Assembly: GCA_043810025.1 (NCBI GenBank)
Contig: JBDRON010000053.1
Location: forward strand, 462 to 64,461
Length of the DNA stretch: 64,000 nt
DNA from: Elusimicrobiota bacterium
GTDB taxonomy: Bacteria; Elusimicrobiota; JBDRON01
Reading direction: 5' to 3'
Under the pieces are notes generated by a model. It was not told the origin of the DNA. It saw nothing but the letters and a program-made list of their open reading frames with translations, and ran no database searches. The translations under genes and the position numbers were made by a program. How positions within the stretch are numbered: position 1 is the first letter of the stretch; each line of letters starts with the position of its first letter. This document shows, in pieces, positions 19,394 to 28,989 of the stretch.

Positions 19394-21552
19394 GTTGGAT
19401 CCACAGATTGTATGAGACTTATGAAAACTGCCGCGCAATGATTGGTAAAATAGAGGATGATAGTAAAGTACCGCTTCTGCCGATATGCCACACAACGCAA
19501 AAAGCTCAGATTGAAATTATCATTGATGAGAAAGGTAATTTCCAACGCGCACGGCTCGTTCCAAGAGAACAGGCGAGAACCATTATCCCCTGTACCGAAG
19601 CGTCCGGTGGACGCACCAGGGGCGAAGCCCCTCATCCTTTGTGCGATAAATTGCAATATATTGCGGCCGATTTTAAGAAATTTACTGGCGAGGATTCGTA
19701 TTACTTTGCCATGATTGCTGAAGATGATTTTAAAACATTTGGAAAGAAAGATGAGTTGAAGTATTTGATTGAAGGGCTGCACAAGAGCGGTTATATTGAT
19801 AACGCTGGAATAATTCAATCAAGTTTTAATGTACTGAATAATGTCCATGAGCTACATATAGATAAATCATGGGAAAAGAAAAAAGATAAAATCTATGGAA
19901 AACTACTTGAGAAAAATAATAAAGCTTACAGTAACCTTTTGTCTGATTGGTGTAAACCTGAGCATGCACATCGGAAGGCTACGGCTGTTTTTAAATATGT
20001 TCAAAAAGGCGGTGTCATCAAGGATTTAATTGATCATAAAATATTGCATGTTGATGCTGATGGAATATTGCTAAAAAAACGGGCGGAAAAGAAGGACGGT
20101 GAGGTAAAAGACATTTTTGATTTGCTTCCGGGAAGAGAAAACAAAAAAAATGGTAAATTTGAAAATTGGCAGGCGGATGCTTTTATCCGCTGGGAAGTTG
20201 AAATACCAAATGATGTTTGTTCGAAAGCATGGGAAGACAAAACATTGCGGGATAGCTGGATTAAGTTTTATTCAGGAACAAAACAGAATAAAATACTTTG
20301 TTATGTGACAGGCGAAAAACAATTTCCTGCCGATCAGCATCCAGCTAAGTTAAGAAATGATGGAGATAAGGCGAAGCTGATTTCTTCCAATGATTTGTCA
20401 GGGTTTACTTTTCGCGGGCGGTTCACAGAGGCTGAACAGGTTTGTGCTATTGGTTTTGAAGTGACTCAAAAATCTCACAGTGCGTTGCGATGGCTTATCA
20501 GCCGGCAGGGCAATGTTTTTTTTGAAGGGAAAGGTATTAATAAAAAACCGAAATTAACTATCGTAGCTTGGTCAACTGTAGGAAAGCAGATACCAAAGCC
20601 AATGGATGATTCTTTTGACATGTTGGGTGTTTGTGAATTGGTTAGTGATGAAAAGGAAGTTGCTGCTACTGCTCAGTACCTCGCGTTAAAATTGAAGAAA
20701 AAAATCGCGGGATACAAAGCAGATTTGGGCACAACTGATTCTATTGTTGTCATGGGGCTTGATTCTGCGACACCAGGCCGCATGGCAATAACATATTACC
20801 GTGAATTGACAGGTTCAGATTTTCTTGATCGTTTAGACCACTGGCATGAATCCTGCGCATGGATTCACGATTACCATTTCGTTGAAGAAAAGTATATCCG
20901 GTTTGTCGGTGCGCCTGCGCCAAAGGATATAGCTGAGGCAGCCTACGGAAGCAAATCTGATGATAAATTAAAGAAGACTACCGTTGAACGTCTTCTGCCG
21001 TGCATTATAGAAGGCCGTCCGCTTCCCAGAGATATTGTGGAGTCAGCTGTTAGAACGGCTTGTAAACGCTTGGCCATGGATGAATGGAAGTGGAACAAAA
21101 CTCTAAGTATTGCTTGTGCATTATACAAAAAATATTGCGAAAAGGAGGATTACATTATGTCGTTAGAACATGAGCGTAAAACAAGAGATTATTTGTATGG
21201 GAGATTGCTTGCCGCTGCGGACTGCATGGAGAAATTCGCGTTGTTTATTTCTGAAAAAAAGCGTGACACGAACTCCGCGAGATTGATGCAGCGTTTTTCC
21301 GATCGTCCTTGTAGTACATGGAAAATTATAGAACTTTCTTTAGCATCCTATAAAGCGAGACTGGGCGGTAGAGCAAAGAAATACACTGATGTTATTGATG
21401 CGGTTATGAATAAGTTCGACCCACCAGAAGATTTTATAAGTGATAAACCATTGAGCGGTGAATTTTTGTTGGGATATCATTGCCAGAGAGAAAATTTGAA
21501 ACCAAAGAAGGACGAACCGGAAAGCGTAGAGGATGCCGTTGTAGTGGAATAA
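19390..21552 (+). CDS. cas8c: Cas8c (Csd1) large subunit, type I-C
   Basis: 720 aa, in the cas5-cas8c-cas7 position. Start overlaps the cas5 stop. Confidence 0.85.
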   Translation: MSWIHRLYETYENCRAMIGKIEDDSKVPLLPICHTTQKAQIEIIIDEKGNFQRARLVPREQARTIIPCTEASGGRTRGEAPHPLCDKLQYIAADFKKFTGEDSYYFAMIAEDDFKTFGKKDELKYLIEGLHKSGYIDNAGIIQSSFNVLNNVHELHIDKSWEKKKDKIYGKLLEKNNKAYSNLLSDWCKPEHAHRKATAVFKYVQKGGVIKDLIDHKILHVDADGILLKKRAEKKDGEVKDIFDLLPGRENKKNGKFENWQADAFIRWEVEIPNDVCSKAWEDKTLRDSWIKFYSGTKQNKILCYVTGEKQFPADQHPAKLRNDGDKAKLISSNDLSGFTFRGRFTEAEQVCAIGFEVTQKSHSALRWLISRQGNVFFEGKGINKKPKLTIVAWSTVGKQIPKPMDDSFDMLGVCELVSDEKEVAATAQYLALKLKKKIAGYKADLGTTDSIVVMGLDSATPGRMAITYYRELTGSDFLDRLDHWHESCAWIHDYHFVEEKYIRFVGAPAPKDIAEAAYGSKSDDKLKKTTVERLLPCIIEGRPLPRDIVESAVRTACKRLAMDEWKWNKTLSIACALYKKYCEKEDYIMSLEHERKTRDYLYGRLLAAADCMEKFALFISEKKRDTNSARLMQRFSDRPCSTWKIIELSLASYKARLGGRAKKYTDVIDAVMNKFDPPEDFISDKPLSGEFLLGYHCQRENLKPKKDEPESVEDAVVVE

Positions 21553-21582
21553 TGTAATAAAAATCTAAAAGGAGGATTATTT

Positions 21583-22524
21583 ATGTCGGAAAACAAGTCA
21601 GAGTCTTTGAAAAACAAAATTGATTTTGCAGTAGTGTTTGGTGTTAAAAATGCGAATCCTAATGGTGATCCGCTTAATGGGAACAGACCACGGGTGAATT
21701 ATGATGGTTACGGAGAGGTTTCAGATGTTTGTATAAAGAGAAAAATCAGAAATCGTCTCAAAGATTTGGGATGCAAGATTTTTGTGCAATCCGATGACAA
21801 TCGGGATGATGATTGCCGTAGTCTTAAAGAGAGGGCAGACAAGATACTCGCTGATGTTATGGGTGACGAGAAGAAATTGCGTGAAAAGGCATGCGCAGAA
21901 TGGATTGATGTTAGGGCGTTTGGACAATTGTTTGCTTTTAAAGCTGATAAAAAAAGCAAAAAAATTAAGAAAAATTCCGAAGTTGAAACTGAATCTCAAG
22001 AGTCTGGTGTTTCCATCGGAATTAGAGGTCCTGTTTCTATTCATTCAGCATTTAGCGTTATTAGCGTAAATGATCGTGTGGAGAGTATTCAAATCGTAAA
22101 GAGTGTTAGTGGAGAAGGAGATGGTAGTAAGCGTGGTTCCGATACTATGGGGATGAAACACCGTGTTGATCATGGCGTATATGTATTTTTTGGAACCATG
22201 AACACTCAGCTTGCCAGTAAAACTGGGTTTAGTGATAGTGATGCAGAATCAATTAAGAAGGCATTGCAAAGTATGTTCCAAAATGATGCATCGTCTGCAC
22301 GGCCTGACGGAAGCATGGAGATATTGAAAGTTGTCTGGTGGAAGCACAATTGTCCGCATGGCCAATACTCATCTGCACAGGTTCACCGGTCATTAAAAGT
22401 AGAGGTTAAAAAAGATGTCGTTGATCCAAAAAGTTTTGATGATTATGATATTAAAGTTGACGATCAGAAAACACCGGGTTTGGAGTACAAACCTCTATTA
22501 GATGGGGCTATCTTTGTGAACTAA
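21583..22524 (+). CDS. cas7: Cas7 (Csd2) type I-C backbone subunit
   Basis: 313 aa. N-terminal FAVVFGVKNANPNGDPLNGNRPR motif typical of Csd2. Confidence 0.9.
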   Translation: MSENKSESLKNKIDFAVVFGVKNANPNGDPLNGNRPRVNYDGYGEVSDVCIKRKIRNRLKDLGCKIFVQSDDNRDDDCRSLKERADKILADVMGDEKKLREKACAEWIDVRAFGQLFAFKADKKSKKIKKNSEVETESQESGVSIGIRGPVSIHSAFSVISVNDRVESIQIVKSVSGEGDGSKRGSDTMGMKHRVDHGVYVFFGTMNTQLASKTGFSDSDAESIKKALQSMFQNDASSARPDGSMEILKVVWWKHNCPHGQYSSAQVHRSLKVEVKKDVVDPKSFDDYDIKVDDQKTPGLEYKPLLDGAIFVN

Positions 22525-22646
22525 TGTCCGTATATAATGTTTTCCAAAGACGACTTGCTCTCAATATCCAGCCTGCAACATATCATTTTCTGTTTCCGGC
22601 AGTGCATGATACATTTCAATCGTCTTGGAAGAAAGGAGTGATTTTT

Positions 22647-23477
22647 ATGCAAACAGACGCAAAAATTGCCATTTTTAAAGGTAAAAAAATCAGGAAAGCT
22701 TTGCATAACAACGAATGGTGGTTTTCGGTGGTAGATGTTGTTGAAGCGCTTACCGACAGCGCAGATGCCGGCGCCTATTGGCGAAAATTAAAACAGCGGT
22801 TAAAAGAGGAAGGAAGCGAGGTCGTGACATTTTGTCACGGACTGAAATTGCCTGCTGCCGATGGGAAACAATACGAAACCGATTGCGCTGATACTGAGGG
22901 GATCTTCCGCCTTATCCAATCCATTCCTTCCCCCAAAGCCGAGCCGTTTAAACGTTGGCTGGCTAAAGTGGGTTATGAGCGCGTTCAGGAGATAGAAAAT
23001 CCGGAGCTGGCCACAAAAAGAACCCGCATGCTTTACAAGCTCAAGGGATACAGCGAGGATTGGATTGAAAAGCGTCTGCGGGGTATCGCTATCCGCGCCG
23101 AACTTACTGATGAATGGCAGAACCGTGGGGCGGAAGAAGATAAAGATTTTGAGATTCTGACCGCGGAAATATCCAAAGCGGCTTTTGGCATCACTCCTTC
23201 CCAGTATAAAGAGCTTAAAGGGCTTCAGCGGGAAAACCTGCGCGATCATATGGATGATTTTGAATTGATCTTTACGATGTTGGGAGAGCGCTCTACTACG
23301 GAGATTCATCGTAATGAGGACTCGCGCGGGGTAAGCAAGTTGATGAAAGATGCCGGCGCCGGTGGAAAAATTGCCGGTGACGCCCGGAAGGCTTTGGAAA
23401 AACGGCTGAAAAGGCCGATTGTTTCCGGGCATAATTATTTGCAGGAAAAAGAGTCGCAGAAAAAAATTAGGAATTAG
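22647..23477 (+). CDS. DinD/Bro-N family (antirepressor-like) protein embedded in the cas operon
   Basis: The N-terminus KIRKALHNNEWWFSVVDVVEALTD is a Bro-N/DinD-type motif. The C-terminus (KGLQRENLRDHMDDFELIFTMLGERSTTEIHRNE...GGKIAGDARKALEKRL) is collinear with the DinD C-terminus seen at 14256-15113. ATG at 22647 with an AAAGGAG RBS. The listed ORF start at 22524 is upstream read-through. Confidence 0.75.
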   Translation: MQTDAKIAIFKGKKIRKALHNNEWWFSVVDVVEALTDSADAGAYWRKLKQRLKEEGSEVVTFCHGLKLPAADGKQYETDCADTEGIFRLIQSIPSPKAEPFKRWLAKVGYERVQEIENPELATKRTRMLYKLKGYSEDWIEKRLRGIAIRAELTDEWQNRGAEEDKDFEILTAEISKAAFGITPSQYKELKGLQRENLRDHMDDFELIFTMLGERSTTEIHRNEDSRGVSKLMKDAGAGGKIAGDARKALEKRLKRPIVSGHNYLQEKESQKKIRN

Positions 23478-23481
23478 CTTA

Positions 23482-24036
23482 ATGTATTCTGAAAACGACT
23501 TGCTATATATTTCCGCTCTGCAGCATTTTGTCTTTTGCCGGCGGCAGTGCGCCCTCATTCATATCGAGCAGTCGTGGGTGGAGAACCGCTTTACCGCCGA
23601 GGGCCGGGTGATGCACGAAAATGTGCATGAGTTGGGCAGGGAAAACCGCAAGGATGTGCGCAACAATCTTTGGGTTCCCTTTCCGGTAGAGTATAAACGG
23701 GGCAAGCCTAAAACAAATAATTGCGACAAAGCGCAGCTCTGCGCTCAGGCGATCTGTCTGGAAGAAATGATGAATACGCAGATCCCTTCAGGCGCGTTGT
23801 TCTATGGAAAAACACGGCGCCGGCTGGATGTTGAATTTACCGAAGAACTGCGCAAGGAGACTGAAGAAATTTCACAAGCTTTGCATGAATTCATTAAAGC
23901 GGAAAAAACACCGATCGCGCTGTATGAAGAAAAATGCGATACCTGTTCGTTAAAAGAACTTTGTCTGCCGGAAACTTCCGGTGGAAATCCGAATACGGTA
24001 AAAAATTATATTTTTCGGGCCACGGAAGAAAAATGA
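23482..24036 (+). CDS. cas4: Cas4 (RecB-like nuclease with Fe-S cysteines)
   Basis: Begins MYSENDLLYISALQHFVFCRRQCAL. C-terminal CDTCSLKELC cysteine cluster. 4-nt overlap with cas1. Confidence 0.85.
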   Translation: MYSENDLLYISALQHFVFCRRQCALIHIEQSWVENRFTAEGRVMHENVHELGRENRKDVRNNLWVPFPVEYKRGKPKTNNCDKAQLCAQAICLEEMMNTQIPSGALFYGKTRRRLDVEFTEELRKETEEISQALHEFIKAEKTPIALYEEKCDTCSLKELCLPETSGGNPNTVKNYIFRATEEK

Positions 24037-25034
24037 AAAAATATCTCAATACGCTTTTTATCACTACCCAGGGCGCCTATCTTTCCAAGGAAGGAGAAAC
24101 CATTGTCGTAAGCGTGGAGCATGAGACTAAGCTTCAGCTGCCCGTTCATACGATCGGGGGAATCGTCTGCTTCGGCCAGGTTTTGATCAGCCCGCCGTTA
24201 ATGGGTTTTTGCGCAGAAAACAGTGTTTCCATCACTTACATCAATGAATACGGGAAATTTCTGGCCAGCATTAACGGCCGGACTTCCGGCAATGTTCTTC
24301 TCCGGCGCGAACAATACCGCTGGGCTGATGCCCCGGATCGCTCGTCACAGATTGCCAGGAATATCTTGATCGGTAAAATAGCCAACTGCCGCTCCGTGCT
24401 TCAGCGCGCGCTCAGGGACCACGAAGGCCGGATCGAAAGCGAAAAACTTGCCTGTGCCTCCGAACAGCTCTTTCAGGCGATTGGCAAGTTGAAAGAAAAA
24501 ACTTATGACCTGGATACCCTCCGCGGTATTGAGGGGGACTGCGCGGGATCATATTTTTCCGTTTTTGACAATCTGATTCTTGCCCAGAAAGAATCTTTCC
24601 GCTTTATTAACAGAAATCGCCGGCCGCCGATGGATAAGGTCAATTGTCTGCTTTCATTCCTCTATACGCTTTTAATGCACGATGTGCGTTCCGCGCTGGA
24701 AGCTGTTGGACTGGATTCTTATGTCGGTTTCCTTCACCGGGACAGGCCCGGAAGGCCCAGCCTTGCGCTGGATATGATGGAGGAATTCCGGCCATTTATC
24801 GCCGACAGGCTTGTTTTGTCACTGATTAACCGGGAACAGATCAATACAAAAGGTTTTAGTAAATCGGAATCAGGCGCGGTTTTGATGAATGACGATACAA
24901 GAAAAGAAGTGCTTGTTGCCTGGCAGAAAAGAAAACAGGAAGAGATTATGCACCCCTTTCTAAAAGAAAGTGACGGATCGCTTCCCAACCGGTTAAACCG
25001 TTATGGTCGCGCCCCGTGCGGGCGCGTGGATTGA
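24033..25034 (+). CDS. cas1: Cas1 integrase, type I-C; 3' end runs into CRISPR repeat 1
   Basis: Starts MKKYLNTLFITTQGAYLSKEGETIVV, the typical Cas1 N-terminus. 334 aa. The last 9 codons (GRAPCGRVD) are encoded by the first repeat. Confidence 0.88.
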   Translation: MKKYLNTLFITTQGAYLSKEGETIVVSVEHETKLQLPVHTIGGIVCFGQVLISPPLMGFCAENSVSITYINEYGKFLASINGRTSGNVLLRREQYRWADAPDRSSQIARNILIGKIANCRSVLQRALRDHEGRIESEKLACASEQLFQAIGKLKEKTYDLDTLRGIEGDCAGSYFSVFDNLILAQKESFRFINRNRRPPMDKVNCLLSFLYTLLMHDVRSALEAVGLDSYVGFLHRDRPGRPSLALDMMEEFRPFIADRLVLSLINREQINTKGFSKSESGAVLMNDDTRKEVLVAWQKRKQEEIMHPFLKESDGSLPNRLNRYGRAPCGRVD

Positions 25035-25238
25035 AACGACTAAACCTAGTAAAACAGCGTGACCCATATTGGTCGCGCCCCGTGCGGGCGCGTGGATTGA
25101 AACGGATGAAATATCGTATCGTCAAACCAACGGCCTAAGGTCGCGCCCCGTGCGGGCGCGTGGATTGAAACCCAGTTCATTTTTGCGTAGTTCGTTTCGA
25201 CGTTGGGTCGCGCCCCGTGCGGGCGCGTGGATTGAAAC
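25006..25238 (+). CRISPR. CRISPR array: 4 repeats of 32 bp (GTCGCGCCCCGTGCGGGCGCGTGGATTGAAAC) and 3 spacers of 34/36/35 bp
   Basis: Repeats at 25006-25037, 25072-25103, 25140-25171 and 25207-25238, all identical. The repeat is the typical type I-C class ending ATTGAAAC. An AT-rich flank follows at 25239-25350. Confidence 0.92.
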
Positions 25239-25350
25239 TTAGCCAGCCTTAGCGAAAAAATTGGGAAAAAAATCACTGAAATTTTCGTTGACAAAAACTT
25301 TTCTAAATTGTTAGTCTCTAAATTAATATAGATTAATTGTTTGGAGGTAA

Positions 25351-25569
<219 letters not shown>

Positions 25570-25586
25570 GTGCGCATAATCCGGTA

Positions 25587-25631
25587 TGAAATTTAAAACC
25601 GATGAAAATCTCCCTCATTTGTGGTGAAACC
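25587..25631 (+). pseudogene. decayed DUF5615-like toxin gene remnant
   Basis: Encodes MKFKTDENLPHLW then a stop. DUF5615 proteins begin M.F..DENLP. Only 13 codons remain. Confidence 0.35.
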
Positions 25632-25834
25632 GATTGATTGTGTTTTAAAGGCTCCCATTCAATCATGAAATATCCATCTCCCCAAAAATATCCTGTTGAC
25701 TGTTGCTGTTGCAAGAAAACCCTTGAGGAAAAATAAAATATTTGATAATATCAATAAGATTATTAATATCCTGTTTGAGAAATTGGTTTTTTAGAAATTT
25801 TTCAAGCAAATACTGAAAAGGAGTAAATAAACAG

Positions 25835-27748
25835 ATGCGGAAAAGAATATTGGTTTATGGGTTAGTGTTGTTAATGGGTATTGTGTCGCAAGGATTTGCG
25901 GCGAAGAAAACGGATCTTTCGTCCGCAGAACTAAAATATTTGCAGGATTTGGCCAAGGCTACTTACAGTTGTATCAAGCATTATGTTGATCCCAAGACGG
26001 GTTTGCCGTTGGACAATACCGCTCCGGGACTTTATTATACATCCAGCACGAATATCGGGTTATATTGTGTGTCTCTAATTGCGGCGGTGGAGATGGGTTT
26101 GGAGACAAAGGCCGAAGCTTTAAAGAGAATTAGCAAGACTTTGGACAGTTTGGATAAAATTGAGAAATGGAATGGGATGCCGATCAACTGGATCCATGTT
26201 TCCACTTTGCAAAAGGAAAAAAACGGTTTTGTTTCCACGGTGGATTTGGGCAACCTTTATGCCGGTTTAATGGTCACTGCCCAGGCTTTCCCGGAATTGG
26301 ACGAGCGCTGTGACCGGATAATTAAAGCGGCCGATTGGACGAAACTTTATAATGCCAAAGCGAAATATTTGAATATCGGCTACGAAAGTGTTAAAGGGGA
26401 ATATACCCCGTACCATTATGTGGAATTGGGTTCGGAAGCGCGGACCGCTAACTTTTTATCTATTGTCAGTAGTCAGCTGCCTTTGGAAAGCTGGAATGTT
26501 TTAAGCCGGGGGTTGGAAGAAAAATACGGGGTTAACTACCTGAAACCCGGATGGCAGGGCGGTTTGTTTACCCAGTTTTTACCGGGTATTTTTATTGATG
26601 AAGAAGGAACTTTAATGGGTAAATCGGCGGCCAACGAAGCTTATGCCCAGATGCTGCATATGAAAAAGATTAAATATCGGGTCTGGGGCTGGTCGCCCTC
26701 CGATTCTCCCGGCGATGGGTACCGGGGAATTAATAATATTATTGATAAAATCGTTACACCGCATGCCTGCGTGCTGGCCGTGCAGTATTTTCCTAAAGAA
26801 GTGATTAAAAACTTAAAAGAACTTGAAAAATTAGGGGTCAGGCCGCTCCATCTGGTCGGAGAGGAAGAGTATGATTTTGGTTTTCGCGATGCGATGAGCA
26901 TGAAAAGCGGCTGGATAAACAAGAATTATTTAGTCTTGGATCAGGCGATGTTGTTTTTAAGTTTGGCTAATTTCCTGGATGACAAAGTGATCAATCGTTA
27001 TTATCAGGCTGATCCGCTGGTACAGCGCGGGCTGAGGTTGTTCCCGGAATACAAGAATCGAAAAAAAGGCGAGATAAAATATCCGGTAAATCTGGCTTTG
27101 GAATTAGGTCTGCCGCAAGGCTCGGCTTCTACCGGTGCGCGTCCGGAATATCCGGCCAAGTATGCGGCCCAGCCGATAGTGTTGGACGGCCAGTTGAATG
27201 AATGGAAGGGGGTAAAGCCGATTGTTTTAGACCTGAACCATTTTGAGTTTGGCAATATGATTTCGCCGCTGGATTTAGGGGCAACTTTTTATTTCCTTTG
27301 GGATGAGCAGAATCTGTATTTCGCTGCCCAGATTCTGGATGAATCGAATGTGGCCAAAAATGAAAAACCGTTTATCTATAAAGATGATGTAATTGAGTTG
27401 TTTATGACGGCTAAGGAGCAGTTAACCTGGGGTAATCCGGATGATTTTCAGATTGGTTTTGGCCCCTCGAAGAAAGAAGGCCTTCGGGTATACGCCTGGT
27501 TTCAGAAAGGGGAACCCGGTTCGGAACAATTAAGGGCAAAACAGAAATTTACTCCGGAGGGATATAGCATCGAAGCGGCAATCAGCTGGAATTTCTTAGG
27601 GATAAAACCGAAAAAAGGCCTAGTTTTGGGCATCTCCCCGGCGGTGCACGATGTGGATACCGATGGGAGTCTGGAATCAAAGATGAATTATTATTTTAAA
27701 AAAGACGGTGATCGGATTATACTGGGTAAAGTAACTTTAGAAAAATAG
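25835..27748 (+). CDS. secreted glycoside-hydrolase-like protein (DUF3131/GH144-like alpha-helical domain) with a C-terminal CBM9-like carbohydrate-binding domain
   Basis: Signal peptide. C-terminal roughly 200 aa (DGQLNEWKGVKPIVLD...FYFLWDEQNLYFAAQILDE) resembles CBM9. N-terminal domain family assigned from recalled similarity. Confidence 0.45.
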   Translation: MRKRILVYGLVLLMGIVSQGFAAKKTDLSSAELKYLQDLAKATYSCIKHYVDPKTGLPLDNTAPGLYYTSSTNIGLYCVSLIAAVEMGLETKAEALKRISKTLDSLDKIEKWNGMPINWIHVSTLQKEKNGFVSTVDLGNLYAGLMVTAQAFPELDERCDRIIKAADWTKLYNAKAKYLNIGYESVKGEYTPYHYVELGSEARTANFLSIVSSQLPLESWNVLSRGLEEKYGVNYLKPGWQGGLFTQFLPGIFIDEEGTLMGKSAANEAYAQMLHMKKIKYRVWGWSPSDSPGDGYRGINNIIDKIVTPHACVLAVQYFPKEVIKNLKELEKLGVRPLHLVGEEEYDFGFRDAMSMKSGWINKNYLVLDQAMLFLSLANFLDDKVINRYYQADPLVQRGLRLFPEYKNRKKGEIKYPVNLALELGLPQGSASTGARPEYPAKYAAQPIVLDGQLNEWKGVKPIVLDLNHFEFGNMISPLDLGATFYFLWDEQNLYFAAQILDESNVAKNEKPFIYKDDVIELFMTAKEQLTWGNPDDFQIGFGPSKKEGLRVYAWFQKGEPGSEQLRAKQKFTPEGYSIEAAISWNFLGIKPKKGLVLGISPAVHDVDTDGSLESKMNYYFKKDGDRIILGKVTLEK

Positions 27749-27769
27749 CGCAGGGGAGAAAGGAGATTT

Positions 27770-28870
27770 ATGGCTCAGGTTATTCTAAAAAGAATTACTA
27801 AACGGTATGGGGATGTGGAGGCCGTAAAGGACATCAGTCTGGAGATTGTCGATAAAGAATTTTATGTTTTGGTCGGACCTTCCGGCTGCGGTAAATCAAC
27901 TACTTTGCGGATGATTGCCGGGTTGGAAACAACCGACGAGGGCGAAATTTGGATTGGCGATCGGATGGTTAAGGATGTGCCGCCTAAAGACCGGGATATC
28001 GCCATGGTCTTCCAGAATTACGCGCTTTATCCGCATATGACTGTTTATGATAATATGTCTTTCGGTTTAAAGCTGCGGAAATATCCGAAGAAAGAAATTG
28101 ATGCCCGAGTACGCGAAGCCGGCGAGATTTTGAATCTGTGTCCTTACCTTAAAAGGTATCCGCGGGAACTTTCCGGCGGACAAAGACAACGGGTTGCTGT
28201 CGGCCGGGCGATTGTGCGTAAACCGCAGGTGTTTTTGTTTGACGAACCGCTTTCCAATCTTGACGCCAAGCTTAGGGTGCAGATGCGCATGGAGTTAATT
28301 AAACTGCATCAAAGCCTGAAAACAACGATGATCTATGTCACGCATGACCAAATTGAAGCGATGACCATGGGTGATCGGATTTGTGTGATGAAGGATGGAA
28401 TTATTCATCAGGTGGATGACCCGCTGACTCTTTACAATAAACCGGTGAATCAATTTGTGGCCGGTTTTATCGGCAGTCCGCCGATGAACTTTATTGAAGT
28501 ATATTTGTTTGAAAAAGAAGGCGGGGTTTGGGTTGATGAAGGTAAGATTCAGGTTCGGATTCGTCCGGAGGTAGAAGACGGGGTTCGGGAGCATTTAGGC
28601 AAAAGAGTTTTTTTAGGCATCCGGCCGGAGGATATTTATGACCGTTTATTCGCTGTCGGCGGCACGGAAGAAAATGTGGTGAAGGTTTCCGTTGATGTTG
28701 TCGAGCCGATGGGCGCGGAAACTATTTTATATGTGAGCACGGGAAAAAATAATTTAATTGTCCGCGCCGACTCCAACAGCCGCGTCTTGGAAGGCCAGGT
28801 CATTGAGCTGGTGTTGAATATGGAAAAAGCCCATCTTTTTTGCAAGGAGACAGGTCAAAGAATCGTTTAA
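27770..28870 (+). CDS. ABC sugar transporter ATP-binding protein (MalK/UgpC/MsmK type)
   Basis: Walker A GPSGCGKST, signature LSGGQRQR and Walker B, plus the C-terminal regulatory domain. Confidence 0.9.
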   Translation: MAQVILKRITKRYGDVEAVKDISLEIVDKEFYVLVGPSGCGKSTTLRMIAGLETTDEGEIWIGDRMVKDVPPKDRDIAMVFQNYALYPHMTVYDNMSFGLKLRKYPKKEIDARVREAGEILNLCPYLKRYPRELSGGQRQRVAVGRAIVRKPQVFLFDEPLSNLDAKLRVQMRMELIKLHQSLKTTMIYVTHDQIEAMTMGDRICVMKDGIIHQVDDPLTLYNKPVNQFVAGFIGSPPMNFIEVYLFEKEGGVWVDEGKIQVRIRPEVEDGVREHLGKRVFLGIRPEDIYDRLFAVGGTEENVVKVSVDVVEPMGAETILYVSTGKNNLIVRADSNSRVLEGQVIELVLNMEKAHLFCKETGQRIV

Positions 28871-28894
28871 TGTGTAGAAACCTTAAAGAATGCA

Positions 28895-28970
28895 GGTCAT
28901 GAGTCATGGGTTATGAGCTTAAAAGAGTCGAATGTTTTAGACTCAAGGCTCATGACTCAAAACCCAAGAC
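28895..28970. repeat. copy 2 of the gtcatgagtcatgggttatgagctt palindromic element
   Basis: Shares about 25 bp with 3425-3460, and the aagctcat..gac return arm. Confidence 0.55.
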
Positions 28971-28989
28971 TTGTTTTGGCACTTAAAAT

